DNA of 64,000 nt, from positions 391,298 through 455,297 of the forward strand of contig NMRA01000354.1 of NCBI GenBank assembly GCA_002633005.1, read 5' to 3'. A program made the translations under genes and the position numbers. Below the pieces are notes generated by a model, which did not search any database, had not been told where the DNA came from, and worked only from the letters and a program-made list of their open reading frames with translations. Below, in pieces: positions 37,201-52,200 of this stretch. The stretch is from Phoronis australis (Eukaryota; Animalia; Phoronida). Every line of letters begins with the position of its first letter. The first letter of the stretch is position 1.

Positions 37201-40200
37201 TTTCAAGAATCTTGAACTGTGCATTTTTAGATCACCATGTGACTCTCAACTTACAGATGAGCCTTCTCCACCTGAGCTCTCAGGTTTTCTTCTGTACCCA
37301 CATCATCAAAGTCACCCTCCTCCACTTCAAGGTCATCTGCCAGGTCATCAAGGTCGTCATGTTCATCACTGTCTACTTCACTGCCGGACAGTTCGGCCTC
37401 GTTCTCAAAGAACTCTGTGCGAATTTTACTGCAATGAATGAAAATGTGTTTAATATTCTATAATAACCATCATTTCATCGAACTGCCGTTTTCATTTTCC
37501 ACGTAACTTTTTAGTTACTTTTTCCCAACAAATGAACTTGTCAGCTAGTATTATGTGAAAAACTTGTGAAAGTACATGGATAAAGTGACAAAAATTCTTC
37601 AGCTTGGGAGACACTATGGTGGAAGTTGAAATTTCAATTTGTCAAGTTTCTCAACAAAAGTAACTTTTCAGGAAAATTTAACTTGCTTCTAGAATGGTTT
37701 GTATGTCGTAGCTACCACTGGTACATTTTTGAGTATTTGCAACACTGTGGTAAGCCTCTAAAAACTAAAAATTTCCGCAATTATTTTTGTCCCAAATTGA
37801 AGAATTTTTGGATCGGACTAATGTGAATTTTACTGAAGTTCAATATACTAGCAAATTGTAATGAAGTAAAACACAAGAAAAGCTATGCAAATTGAACCTT
37901 CGTTTAACTTAGACAAAGTTACGATCAGAGTTTGCTTTATTTAGTCTGGTGCAACCTCTTGGTATCGCTGGATCCAAACTACGAGAGATTTCCATTTACA
38001 CGAGTCACAATTATGCTTGAAAGCACCCATAAGCCCTGATAACGCACTTTTATGGATTCTTACCCAGCCTTCGTCACTCCACGCACAACCTGCTCATCTT
38101 CATCGTCACTGCCCAGTTCCTCATCATCACCGTCATCATCAACATCATCATCATTATTCATTTCAGCTTCAGATTCAACCTCACTGTCAGACAAGTTCTA
38201 CAATAATGTACAGACACTGAAACATCCCAGCTCTATTCATAATCCCCTAACAATGCTTGTGGATAATGACCATAGAGTGATAGTACATATGCTGGTAACA
38301 AGAACTGTACACCTAATTGTTTGACATGTTGTGTTTTAACTATTTTAAATTCGAGGGGATGTTCGCAGAGAAAATGTTTGCATTTTGTGAATTAAGGTTA
38401 ATATGTCGCACATTATCGGAAATCTTGTGCATTAAGTCCAATATACACAAAACTATAGATTTCAACTCGGTAATAATGTACATTTTCTAAAAGTATAAAG
38501 CTTATAGAATTCGATTTTTGATTTGATACCAGTCTGCTAGTAAATGGTTCACGTGAACGTGTCTTTTTCGTAAAATTAAGCAAAAAAGATAAGTGAATTT
38601 ACAAAACCATGACATCAATAACAATATTAAATTTCATTAGATATAAACATTCAAGATGAAATCTCAGAAATGCTGATGCAGCTTCTGGAATTATCATTTT
38701 GTCTTCAGTTTATGCAACTTTTGATTTTTAATGTTAAGAAACATAAAGTCCTATTTCTGCAAAAGTGGAACATTTTACAAAAAATTTTCAATAGTTTTGG
38801 AGAACAGTGCATAAGGTATAGTATCTATCTGAAAGCTTCATATGAATCCGAGAGGTATTTCTGAGATGATTTGAAGTTGGACAAATTTGGACGTTTTTCT
38901 AAGGTAATACATAACCTTAGAACAGAGTGATTTCTGAGCTGCGGCCATGCTCAACTCATAAAACGACTTGTCAGGTCAAGCCAACTTAGTGGACCTTTTC
39001 TCCAGCTATAACACTCAGTTCTTCACAAGCCTAGAACTCATTTCTAAATTCAGTACGGACCAACTGAAAACTGGTGATAATAAAGCAAGTGGCCTAAATC
39101 TAAACTTAGTCTTTTTACGTGCAAAGTAGCTTCAAAGGCAGGTGCTACCGACAATGAAAGCAGTCACCGGTTTGCACTTTTTCTGCGAAACCTCTCTCAC
39201 TTCCACAATATGTTCACAAAATTGTAGTTACAAGGCATGGAATGATCAATGGAAATTTTGCAGGTGACGTATTGTTCCACAAATAAATAGGATTGCGTGA
39301 TAGAAAAAAATTTTGTGTTGTAAAATTTAACTGAAATAAACGTATTTTGCATGAATAAAGTCAAAATAATGATACAAAGAGCAAAAAAAAAGAAGTAAAC
39401 TGGAAATCAAAAAAGGGGAAATCAAAACCAAAAAAGAGAAAATTCAATGGTAAGGTATGACTTGACTTATACAAATCTATGAGCCACTAACCCGCGTGAA
39501 GCAAACCCACGGATGACTGAACTTAGTACCTTTTCGTCATCAGATTTTTCTCCACCCTCTAGCATTTCAAAGGACTCGTTGCTATTCTCATCATCACTTA
39601 AATTTCTTTTCTTCAGTTTATTTCCTGAGCGGCTTTCATCGCCTTGCTTTGAGTCTGCTTGGGTTCTACAAAAGAATATTTACAGTAAACTTTTTTACAG
39701 AATAACATACCATAACACCAAAATTTTAGGAAATGAGCTTACACTTGGAATGGGCATATCAAAGTGAAAAATTTTGAAAATTCAGAGGTTGAAATATAGT
39801 TGAAAGTGGACGATGAAACGACCAAATATTGGAAAATAAAAGCCTTGGTGACTGGGTAACAACAAAAGACCAAAAGACTTGAGGCATGTTCCAAGAAACT
39901 GACTAAAGTTTATTTTTGACTTATCTTTAAGATCTGACTTAACATCCAAACTTTGAAACTTCCACATTCCGTAGGTTAGTCAAAATTGAGACAGAATTGA
40001 TGTCAAACATTTAAGTCAAACTTAAGACCTCTTTCTTTATTGGTTTTGAGACAAATTTAACTTTTATTTTAAAATGTGAAGCTGCATTTCGGAAATCAAT
40101 ATTCTCAATCTTATCCAGGAATTGTGTATTACAAACTATTCTGGATACTCACTTACTACATTGAACTATTTGTTTTATTAAAACCCAGCTTGCTCGTATA

Positions 40201-43200
40201 TTTTATTTTAGTTAAATCCTAATAGTACAGTATGGTAAGGGAATCCCAGGGACCTTTGTCCTTGCTCATCTAAAATGGGAAAAATCAAGAAAAGATTTTT
40301 ATCCTCATTTTATACAAGTTCAGTACAAGTAGTTGAGAACTGTTAATGACGCAATCACTCACTTGTCTGAAAAGACTCCAGAACACAGTTCCAGAAGTTC
40401 GTTCATGTTCTCCTGGCTTGCCTCGTGCTCTTCTCCATCAACAAACAACTTCTTTACTGACTTCTTCTGTTGTTGAGTTTGTTGAGTACCTGCAAAGTGG
40501 AGCGTTTTATCAGACATTTGCTAATTATGAAACAGAGATGTTGTAACAGAGTGGAAATGTGTGGTTAAATTTACTTATTGGATTGAACAAACAAACTTTT
40601 CCCATTCAGCTCATGTCATTCGGGTGAAAATAAACAAGATTCAACAATGATGAATTTGTTAGCACTCAATACTACATTTTTAAAGCATTTGACTGACTTG
40701 TGATATGTGTGAAAACTGTCAGCTGTTCTCTTCGGTTAGATATGAATTTTTGTACTTAGCCACCATTCACAATTATTGCCAATATCAGCAGTGTACAAAA
40801 CTCAAGCTTTTCTGAACCTCCCTCCTCCAAAATTGTAAAGAAAATTTTTGTGGACATGTATTTATCGAAGTAAACTATTTGTATGAATTAAATTTCAATG
40901 CTAGTTTTTGGTTGTGAGCTGATGCATTAAAATAAAGCAATTATTTCAGTGTCATCGGTATTTGCACGATGCAAAATTGTACACCAGGGCGGGGTTGCAT
41001 AAAACTTCTAAATTGTCCACAGGATAAATTTGATTGTTGCGTGATGTCAGTTTATTGTTCAACAATAACAACGCGACACGTGATAATGTGACGTCATTGT
41101 TTCTACGCAGCGTACAACTTTTATGCAACTGGCTCCTGGGCACATCTCCACCCTTCCAGCACTGAAGTGTATATTTTTTATGCTCGTGGAAATGGACAAT
41201 TGCGAACGTTCCATCAGAAGTCTTTAGCAATGCAAAGATATGGGTTGGAAATAACAGCCATTCCATACTATCACATACAATAACTATAACTGTTCGACAA
41301 TCGTGTTTACATGGTGCATGTCATGCTTATCCTGAAGATAAGTTAATGTGAGACTTTGTATACCCCAGATCCAATGTATAGTTATCTCAAGTCACAAGAA
41401 AAGTGGTACACACCTCCTGTGAACTGTCCAGAGCAAAGTCCCAGCAACTCATTCTCATCAAATTCTTGAGAGGCATTATCATCCATGCCGAGATCAATAT
41501 GTCTTTTACTAGGCTTTTGTTTTTTATCAGAATCCGTTTTCAGGAACCTAAAAAAATCGCAAATTTTAAGGTGCACATTTTTTGCAGCAACACAAATGTG
41601 TTAACGAAATGGGTTATTTTCACATTTTCCACAAATAATATCCGAACCAATCAATGATACTACGGATGTATCAAAACATTCCAAGCAATTTAAGCAACAG
41701 ATGTGAAGTTACAAAAATTCAAAGTAATGTCTCAACTAAGCAAATATAAGTGAACCAGATGATCTTATTAAAACGCATGTGCACAAATGTTACAGTAGAA
41801 AACTAGGCTGCTTCATCCCACTAATCTCTAAAAATACATTAGGAAAGTAAAAAATGCCATGCTCAAATACAGTAGCTGAATTAGATTCACTACACCGGTT
41901 CCCTTGGATCAACTGGCTAAGACCTTTGATTGGCTCTTGATGACAACTTTCGGTTTATAGACCGATCAAATGTTTTAGCCGGTTGATCTGGCAGAACCGC
42001 AGAAGTAAATCACGCGCAGCCAATAATACAAATAGATATCATTAGCGGTCCTGACTGACTAAGCATACCCATCTTCATCCAGTATCTGAGACTGAGAGTC
42101 AGAATCAAACAGAGACAGGTGGAAGGTCTCTGTGTTGGGGGCACAGGTGTTCCTGAACTGGCTTGGACTGTTCAAGAGATCCTGGGAGTCTTCAATGGGT
42201 AGACAAAGCGTGGAATGACGGCTGTCCACCTTAGGATGGAAAAAACGTGGTCAACTTTCCTTCATTACATGTATATCTAATTGACAAGTGAACAGAATAC
42301 GAGGCTTAGAGAGACAGGTGAGGTTAGGGAGATATCCGGGATACCCTTGAAACACTCTGCTAACTTGATTTTAGCTGACTTCTTTAAGCGCCAGACTGCA
42401 AACTATAATATCTTTGGCTGGATTCTGGTTAGAAATTCGCAACTGATGGTAGAAATGTTTAATGTAAGCTACGAGGAATTTTGTGTTTTGATTGGATTGT
42501 AGGACTTGATAATTCTACAAGGAGTTGACAGCACCCCAGGAGACCTCACTACATTCTGTCAACAAAATTTTTGACATGATCACCAGCAGAAGGTCGTTAG
42601 CTTGTCGGGAATTTGTTATTCTATTCAGTTTTGGTTAATGCAGCATTGTACCTAAAAGCTAGTATGAAGGTCAGATTCACAAACACGATAAAAGCTTACA
42701 ATCTCATGATTTACAATTCTGCATTCATTTAAGGTAGCATGTCCGTCAAAATAATGACAAAATTATTAGAATTCAAAATCTGAACAAATGCACGCATTTT
42801 ACAAGATTCCGTAAAAACTTTCAAATCAAAAAACCAACCTTAGGAATCTTTGGCTTTGCGAACTGACTGAACAACTCGGGAGAATCTCTACCGGGCCTCA
42901 AATTACTGGGCTGGGGCTGATAGGGCGTTATTTCAAAACTTGAATCACCGTCACTATGCAGTCTAGTTGGACTTAGAAAATCTGCAAAAATGCAACAAAT
43001 TATAACAAACACAAGCTTTGCAAAGTCTCAATTCAAGAACATAAATTCAAATTAATTTCACAGAGAAAAGTGGAAATGTGGAATGAGTTACTGATGCCTA
43101 ATCAAAGCATAAAACTTTCACAAATTTTTGCTGAAATACTTTTTTAATGTCATACCTTCACCAGATGACAAGCACTAAAATTGAAAGAGATCAGCTATTT

Positions 43201-46200
43201 TGTAAACCATGCTGAACCGGCTTTTTTTCTCAAAACAATCTAGTCATAAACCACTACGCATAACATTGCTATCACAGCCATCTGTTGGCAGACCTATAAA
43301 CTATAGATATAACGTTTAACATTACCTGTATCATCAGCTTCTTTCTTCTGGCTAAATTGTCCAAATGGCCGTTCTGGAACTGAAATTTAAACACAGTTGA
43401 ATGTCAACTATGCTTCCTTCTATAGATAATCTTACAGACAGTAACTTGTCAAACAAAATGCTTTCAATAATAGGTACAAACTTTAGTACAAACAAGTTTA
43501 ACTGGTAATCTCAATATCACGATTCTCATGTTTTACTCCACACGGTCACTGTAGTAATCAACATGGCCGAAACACTTCACTATTTTTCGTAAGTCAGTTT
43601 CAGTTGTTAGCTCAGAGTATAGGGTTTTCTTTCAAAAAAGACTAAATACTAAATCTCTCTATACTGCTAGTACTCACCCTTCTCAGAACTTTTCATCTGA
43701 CTAGCTGGAAGGCAATCATCATCATTTTCATCATCATTGTCATCGTCGTCATCACCAAGGCGACCAGACACTTGCTGACTCTTTGTTTTGGCAGATTTCA
43801 AGAACTTGGCTCTCTTCTCTTGTCTCAGTTCCTCATCTTCAGCTGCAAATGAACAGGGCCAGAGGGATAAGTAATACTGGTCAACTATGCACACATCACG
43901 TGCACATCACAAAGGATAATCGAAAGCACTAACAAGTTATAATGCCCATATATATAAATCTAAGTTAAAATGCCCATATATGTAAATCTAAGTTACAATG
44001 CCCATATAATTATGTAAATTTAAGATATTATGCCCATATAAATTATGTAAACCTAAGTTATAATGCCCATATATGTAAATCTAAGTTATAATGCCCATAT
44101 ATGTAAATCTTGGAACTGGAGAGGAAATATAGATCATAAACATTTTAAGACTGGTCTGCACGCCACCTGTTGGTCACATCACATGACCTAATGAACATAA
44201 GCCCTAGCCGGGGACAGAAATCTTTTTCGACTTATGTTCATTCGGTCGCGTGATGTGGCCAATGAGAGGTGTGCAGGCCAGACTTAAAATGTTTGTGAAT
44301 TGAAGGAGATATTTACAGTACATGCCAACAGCAAGTAGACAAAAATCCATCTCTGTTTCCCAGCCATGACAGATAATGACCTGTCATATTGACGTCTGCT
44401 TACATTCAGCCGTCATGACGGTCCAGGAATCTTACACATGCTAACCCTTCACGCAGTCCAGGACATTTTGTCTAATTATTTTTGGCATATACTGTAGTCA
44501 CACCGTTTCCAGATGAGCAAAAGCTCGTAAAAATAACAAGTACAAGGTACCTAGTCTTCCTCCCTCTCAAACCACACAGTCATTTTTTCTCACAACAACT
44601 ACTTAATGAAAAGAATTCTATTTGTAAGAAAAGAACAGTGGTGCATGGCAATGAAATATAACTCATGAGAAAATACATGCATGCATGAGAACAGAACGTT
44701 GCCACCTGGTGGCAAAGACCAGTTCTTGCTATCACTTATTGCCCATTACAAACCTTCATCATCTCCATCATCGCCTTCTTCATCAAGATGAAGGTTGAAG
44801 CCTCCAGCAGAGTCCTCATCATCTTCACACTCTTCTTCAATGAATGGGTTGACCTAGACAAGTTCAAGCAGTGCTCCACTTTAGCATATATTGATTTACT
44901 GCCTTCTAGAGACTTAATCATGCATTAACAAAACGAAGCTCATGGGAGGTAAAATACTATGACACAAGGTAAATTTGATTAGAAAAACCAAGACCTCACT
45001 CCCTGAATTTGAGTGGCAAATAAATAAGCTGTAGTGTACAATTCAACAAACTGTTCAAAGTCAAAGGCATTGTTTTTTATTAAAAAAAAAACACGAAAGA
45101 TTAAGAGGTTCTTCAGAAATTGTTTTGTTTTAATCAATAAATGCTGTACAGAAAGAGCTGATGTTCATATGAATACAGAAAAGCAGAAATAAATTTATAG
45201 TTTTTGAATGATATTACAAAACATTTAACCATCAAAATCCGGTTTAATACAAATGCAAAGCAAATTTGATATGAACTTCCGCCTCACAATGCATACAGCG
45301 TTCCTCACTGACATGAATACAGTTTTACTGTTGAACAGTGAGTTGCAGTGCAGACATAAAACAACTAAAAAGCATATTGAGGCATGACAAATCGTTCATC
45401 ACTTGTCTGACATCACTCAGAAGTGTGTTTGCGGTTCAACATTTCAAATACTAGGTCAATAATACATGGCATTTTTCTACCTCTGCATATAACGTACAAT
45501 AATTTCAGGATGTAGGAATCGCACTTCTTTATGAAAGGTACGGTGCAAGAAGAAGTCATACACCTTCTTAAATTTGTGTATAATTCATTCGACGTCAGTC
45601 TACCAGATAGAGCTGTTGCGTTACTCGCAGTATCTTTAATTCATTCTGATGGCCATTATTATTGCTCAAAAAGATTTTACTCTCACAATAAAAAAAGTGT
45701 TTCAGTTGTTTAGTCCTCTTCAACCAACCTACTGACGCAAACTAAGAAAATCCTTGTTAGCGTCACTTGATAACTGACGGCTTTAAAGTATTACAAAACT
45801 GTAGATGGAGTAACATACACTAGTAACACACCCACCTCCTTATCTCCTTCAGCCTCCATTAGCGCGCCATCACCTTCCACACCCTCTTCCTCGTCCTCGT
45901 CATACTCAGCGTCAGTATCTGATTGGTCAGTCAGCTCAGCCTCTTCTTCATCTTCAAACCCTTCTTCATTGTCAAGGTCATAAGCTTCAACTCTCTTCTG
46001 TCTGGCTTCTTCCCGTTTCTTCCTCATCTTCTCTTGGAGAGCTGATTTAAGCTTAGACAGCTTTGCACCTGGTGTTACACGACAGGGGAGATTATTTCTC
46101 AGTTTGGTGCTATTTGATGTAAGGGCTGTTCCAGTAAAATCTGTATGGGAGGGGGGGGGAAGGCACCTTTTTTTCGCACCCACCACCCATATTTTTCATT

Positions 46201-49200
46201 TGTTTCTTCAGCCTACCACCCGTAATTTTTTATAAGTTTGAAATGCAACCACCCGTAATTTTTTTTTGTTCTTGTGGTTGACTGCACAGGCGCTTGAGTT
46301 TATCTGTTCCTCCATCACCACTAACGTCATTCATTACTAAGAAAACATATGTTTCTTATATATGGTTATTAGCCATCGAGAAATTCGAGCACCTGTGGTT
46401 AAATGGTGTTATGGGCATGCCGATGAGGAGATCGGAGGGAGTGAAAAAGTCGGAGCTTTTTGCAAGTTACATTTTTGTTTCAGTTTTTGATTCTGTTCGG
46501 ATTGTTTATAAAATTTACTAAAATTACCCACCATCAAACATTTATGGCCCAATGAAACAACAACGACCTGTAAATTTTTATTTTTTTGAAATACGACCAC
46601 CAGCCATTTTGAATTTAAATTAAACGCAACCACCCATAAATTTTTATTTCAGTTGCCTTCCCCCCCTCCCACACAGATTTTGCTGGAACAGCCCTAATAA
46701 GAACAGCTATGACAGGACACTACATTTCTTCCATTAATTAAAGTCACTTTTACAACATAGAAAAGTTCACATTCTACAGTCAAACTGGCAATTAACCACA
46801 GTGACCCTTATCTGTAAATGAATACAGAGACACCATGTTTAATAGAACATCTCTAGAAAATGAAATTAAATAATCTCCACAGCAGTCTTCACTGCTCTGT
46901 GGATTGAGCTCATAATTTAGGAACTGAGGAGGTTCACAGAACAAGAATAAGAAGGTCTGTGATCAAGCAACTTTGTTACCTCACCAAACTTTAAACGCAA
47001 GGACTGATCAGCAATACAGATAAATTTGACCACACTGTTACCTGACCAGACTTTTCAAACAAAAGGACCAATCAACAGCATGGGTAAATTTGAACACACC
47101 GTTACCTGATCAGACTTTCAATCACAGGGGCAGATTAATAGTACGTCGAGTAAATTTGAACACACCGTTTTACCTGACCAGACCCACCAACTGTACACTC
47201 AGGTAAATTTGAACACACCTGGTTTCTGCAGCTGTGGATCCATTTCCTCTTCTCCCTCAATAGTTACTGTGAATGTCTTCAGTTTCAGCTGATCATTATC
47301 ACCATCATCTTTTTCTTTACAAACAATGCTGCAAATACATTCTCCTATTGAATGGTCTATGGTGAGAGCAACTACAAGCCTTGCAACGCTTTTGGTACCT
47401 TGAAATCAAATAGATGTTGCCATGCCGTCAGTTACCGACGAATAAAAATATAATATAGTAAAATAGTCATTTTAGTGCAATAAAAAAATTAAAGTAGTCC
47501 ATGAATAATGATGGGATAATTTTCCACAAGTACCAACATGGCTGAAGACCACAGTGAGCCAAAGTGGATCAAACTGGTAACTAATGAAATAACAAACTTA
47601 ATGCTGCTTAAGGTCTTGTATGACCCTATGGACAAGTCCATGTATTTTGCCAAATGTCTCCACAACTATAGATTTTAACTCAGTAAAAGTGTCCGTTTTT
47701 TAAGAGCAAAAGCCAGTGGAATCAGTCAATCTCCACTGAAAAAAAAATATTATAAAAGTTAAAAAATTCAAACCTTCTTGACCAGAAGCTACTTTAATAT
47801 ATAAAACAGCATAAATTTGTTGAAATTTAGCAGTTATGGCAGACAACATCAGGGGTAAGTGTACCTGGCTACCGAGTCATTCAAATTCTACCGAGTCAAT
47901 CAAACTCTAATAAATAATACTTATCCCCCTGTATTACCTCATTTCAACGTCCCTCTTTTTTTCTGCACCTTTTGACTTGGAATGCTTCATTGCTCGGTCC
48001 AACAATGCATTAATACCGGAATGTTTCTTAACATCGGCATCAAGGTCTATTACACAGTTACTCGATGCCATCAGTTTCGGCGTAAACGACTTCCACTCAG
48101 GGAGTGCCAAATCCGCGAGCAGTTTCTTTTTAAATGCAGCACATTTTGTCTGGGTAGTCTCTTCACTATCCAAGTCGACAATGTCTTTTGTTTCCGTCAC
48201 TGATTCCTCAGTCGACTTTACACTCGTGTCTTCAGCTTCATCTGATTTACAACCACCATTCACAGTCTCTGACTCGATTAATTCTCTGTTGCCTTCACTT
48301 GTTTCCACTTGTGAGTCACTGCTGTTTAAAACATTGTCTTCCACAGTATTAGCTGGTGCCAGTGCGGTATCTGCACTCTGACCTTTGACTTCCTCATTTG
48401 TTTCATCAGTCACAAGATCAGGCAACTCGTCATCAGGTAATATCTTACAGTCATTTGGTTTGTCACCCACAGTAACAACGGGAGATGGGTCTTGCAAAAC
48501 TTTGCTAGTGTCTTGTGACCGAGGTCTCTGCCTGTCTTTAAATTTGCGCGACACGTACGGCGACTCGGCCACTCCAGTTTTTGCAAGGATTTTACTGAAA
48601 CAGAGACGATGACATGGATGAGCAACAATTACTAAATGAACAAATGCAAAGTCATATTTATAAATATGAACACAAAAATGTTAATCCAACACAATAAAAA
48701 CATGCATCATTGATACCTGCACAATTTTATCACGTTATCACGTGTAATATCTAACTTACTGAATAGGAGCCCTAAGAGGCACACTGTCGGCCACTTTCTG
48801 CCGACGCTTCTCCAAGATTTCCTTTAGGGATAACGGCTTCGGTTGGTGATAGGGTAAATTGACTCTGGATTCTGAAACAGATAACTCTCAGTCAACACTG
48901 AACCAACGCAACGCCATTCTCAGTCATTTCATTTCCTATTGAAAGGAAAACAAGTTGGCTGCTTCTCACCATTGTTTCATGAACAGGTAAAGATCAAGCC
49001 AATTCGATAAAACAACACTCGATTTTTCAGTGACAGAAAATCTGAAAAGTTCATGCAGATCATTGTGAAAGAGTCAGACTGAAATTTCAGAACTGAATTT
49101 ACTGGATAGAAATCAACACTTTACAGGAACTTCAAATACCAAACATTAGTTTATCAGTCAATAATCATTCCCAATTGACTTGTTACACAAAGAGAGAGCT

Positions 49201-52200
49201 GTAATGGACTACATTAAAGAAGTGGCCAACAGCATTGGGACTGACCCCTGGTGAGTCTCTGTGATTCACTGTGTAGTTCCTGGATCTCTTGCTGAGCAGC
49301 AGTTTTGCTTTTTCTCGAAGAAGTCGTCCTTTTCCCTTTTGCTGCACCTTTCATCTGAAATGAAGAGATAATTAAGACACGAAGCTTATGACTCATGGCC
49401 AGAAACCCGCGTTCCATCTAAGAAGCAAACTTTTGATTTAGGCCATTTACGGCTAGGAAAACGAGCTCAATGTGTTCCTTACTCGGACAGGAAGTGATTT
49501 CTGAGTTTGCATACAACTGACAGTTTATTTTTTGATACCGTGTTTATGCTTTGTGACAAGCTAACTTATTGTGCATCGTCTCATGCAATAACGAACTGAA
49601 ATCACTTCAAATTTCACTAATTTAAAAGAACAATTTGAGACTACTTTCATTACCACACGTGGTCTAAATCAAAACTTTGTTTTCTATGGTGGAAGATGGA
49701 TTTGTAGCAGTTTTAAATGAGAAATAATTAAGTGATATATATATATCGGATACTAAGTGTGTAATAACCATGTTATAACTCACAAGTCCATAAAACAGCC
49801 TTCAGTACGCGACTGGAAAAGCCTTAACCACATGTCTGAACAATTTTGAACTCGAACTTAAAGTGAAGGAAAATAAACCCACGTCAACTGATACCAATTT
49901 TAACAAGCGGAAAAGTGGCCCAGTTGTTCATGTAAAGCACTTCCCCTAAGAGGTCTTTGCATAATCCTAAAGTGCCACTGACAATCTTTCCACCCACTAC
50001 AAAGATTTAGCAGAACGTCCGTCTCTTCAATAAAAATATAAAAATTCGGTCCAGACGCTTCTCTTATTGCTGTTGACCAAAGTACAGGTCACAGGTCACA
50101 GGTACATACACGTAATAAATTAACATTCAGCTATCATCTTGAGGACCTTACTTTCTTTAGTTTTTTCTTTAACGCTTCACTCATCTCCAGATCACCATCT
50201 TCCTCGTCTTCTTTCTCAGATTCAGAAGTGTTACTATGGCGACTATGGTTTTCTCCATCGTCACCTTCATCGTCATAGAGATCTTTGTTCAGTGACAGGT
50301 TACCGAGATCGTCCTAAAAATTGCATAATATTCATTAGCTGAAACATGATACCACTCTAAATCCCCTAATATCAGAATAAGGCTTCAAAGGTGTGTACTT
50401 ATCCAATTGGGCTTTTTACTTTCATAAAATGAACCTCTGGATATTCTTTACAGTGACAGAATTCAATTTCCAATGGCAGCAAAACAATTGAAAATACCAA
50501 CGACCCAAGAAAACACCTCAGACTTTATTGAGGATGGCCAACCCTAAAATTGCGAACTTAATGGCACATGTATGCATTGTTGCATGTACGCATTGCCTGT
50601 GACCTGAGTTGTCAATGGAAATAGATTCCTGTCAGGGTAGCAAATATTTTGAGACCAATTTTATGAGAGGAAAATGCCTAATTCAATTTTCAACTTTTGT
50701 TTATTATCTAGCTAAAGAAGAGCAGGTTTAACATCTGAAAAAATGAACAAACTGATACCGATTAATTACAGCAGTTATAAATTCACCTTTCATCACAATA
50801 TTGTCTCTAACTAGTTCTTCAGGAATTCACTAGGTGGTGCATGTCATGGTTTTAATGAGATAGAGCAACTCTGTTTCTAATTTTTGTAAGTGAAATACTT
50901 GTACAGCTGACATATTATCCCTTGTTTTAACACTGTTCGAAATCAAGGGTGTTTATTGTTCACTGAACAGTTTTTATCCAAGATATCAACAATGAATTCC
51001 ACTACCTTATTTGAATCTCCAACTTCGTCATCTTTCAATGAACTATCACAATCTGAATCTGTGAAAAGAAAACCAGAATTAGTAGTGAGAAAACTGATAA
51101 TTTAAATCTCTTTTAAGTCCATGCAGTACTATCTTTGAAAACCATTATTTTGGTTCATGTTTCACGGTGGACGTATCATTTTCGTTTCAATATGGCGAAC
51201 TAGCATTTCTAATCGCACATGATAAAAGAATTGACCAAATACAACTCAATGATTGCTTCAAGATTTGCTCCTGCTAACTTGACTTATTACAATTTGAAGT
51301 TTGTGATTTCAGCTTGACCTGATTTAGCAGGGCATGGGTCTTTTAAACCAAATTTTAATAAACGTAAGAACCAACAAACAAGGGTTATCACAAAGAAACT
51401 GAGGTAGAGTGTGTAGGTTAGTAGTCCGTGTCAGTGATGACTTACCAGATTCTACAGTGGGTCTTTTGGTTATAACCTCTTCATCATCACTACCATGGTC
51501 GACAATCTTAGACACCTGCTCCAAAAATAAAAAAATCGTCAAAAACGTCTTACAAGGCGAAAATGTGAAATTACACATGTATGAAATCAGTGTCAGGCAA
51601 AACACCAATACCTTCTATGAACACAAGCTGTATATACTGTGAATACTGAGAATGACTGTGCTCACTGAAATGTATCATTGTTTGATTTATTTTTATGAAC
51701 ATCCATAACATTGCGTGAAATTGAGCTAAAAGCAGGAATATCTCAGTTCTCAAATTTGGAAAAATGTGAATTATCTTCTATACAAAGTACCCGAGATGGT
51801 GTTCTGAGCCTTGTAGAACCAGTAAATGAGGGAAAATGTCTAAAATTAAATTTATAAAAACTATATTCTCAGTTTTACAAATTATATATGTTGATAGTAC
51901 ATACAATAATAACCAACTTTCTCTAAGTCATTGTGTCGACATTATAACTTATATTTCTGTGACCAATTAAATTGGTGCCCATGATATACTATGAAGCTTA
52001 TTTTTCAAAATAAGTTAATGACGAAACATGAATAGTTTTGCAGCAACTGCATTATCATGACATAAAAATGATAAGGGTGAACAAAATAAAAACTGCAAAT
52101 GAAGTATCACAGATGACACAATAAAGTCAAAAGTTTACTTTCACAGAGGCCCAAAATTATTTCCACAAGACTAAGAGAAATCATTCTAAACTGAACAAAT

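Noticed and set aside
43933-44112. Short tandem arrays (also 60557-60707) as CRISPR-like repeats
   Set aside because: No unique spacers, no cas genes, and the context is a eukaryotic intron.
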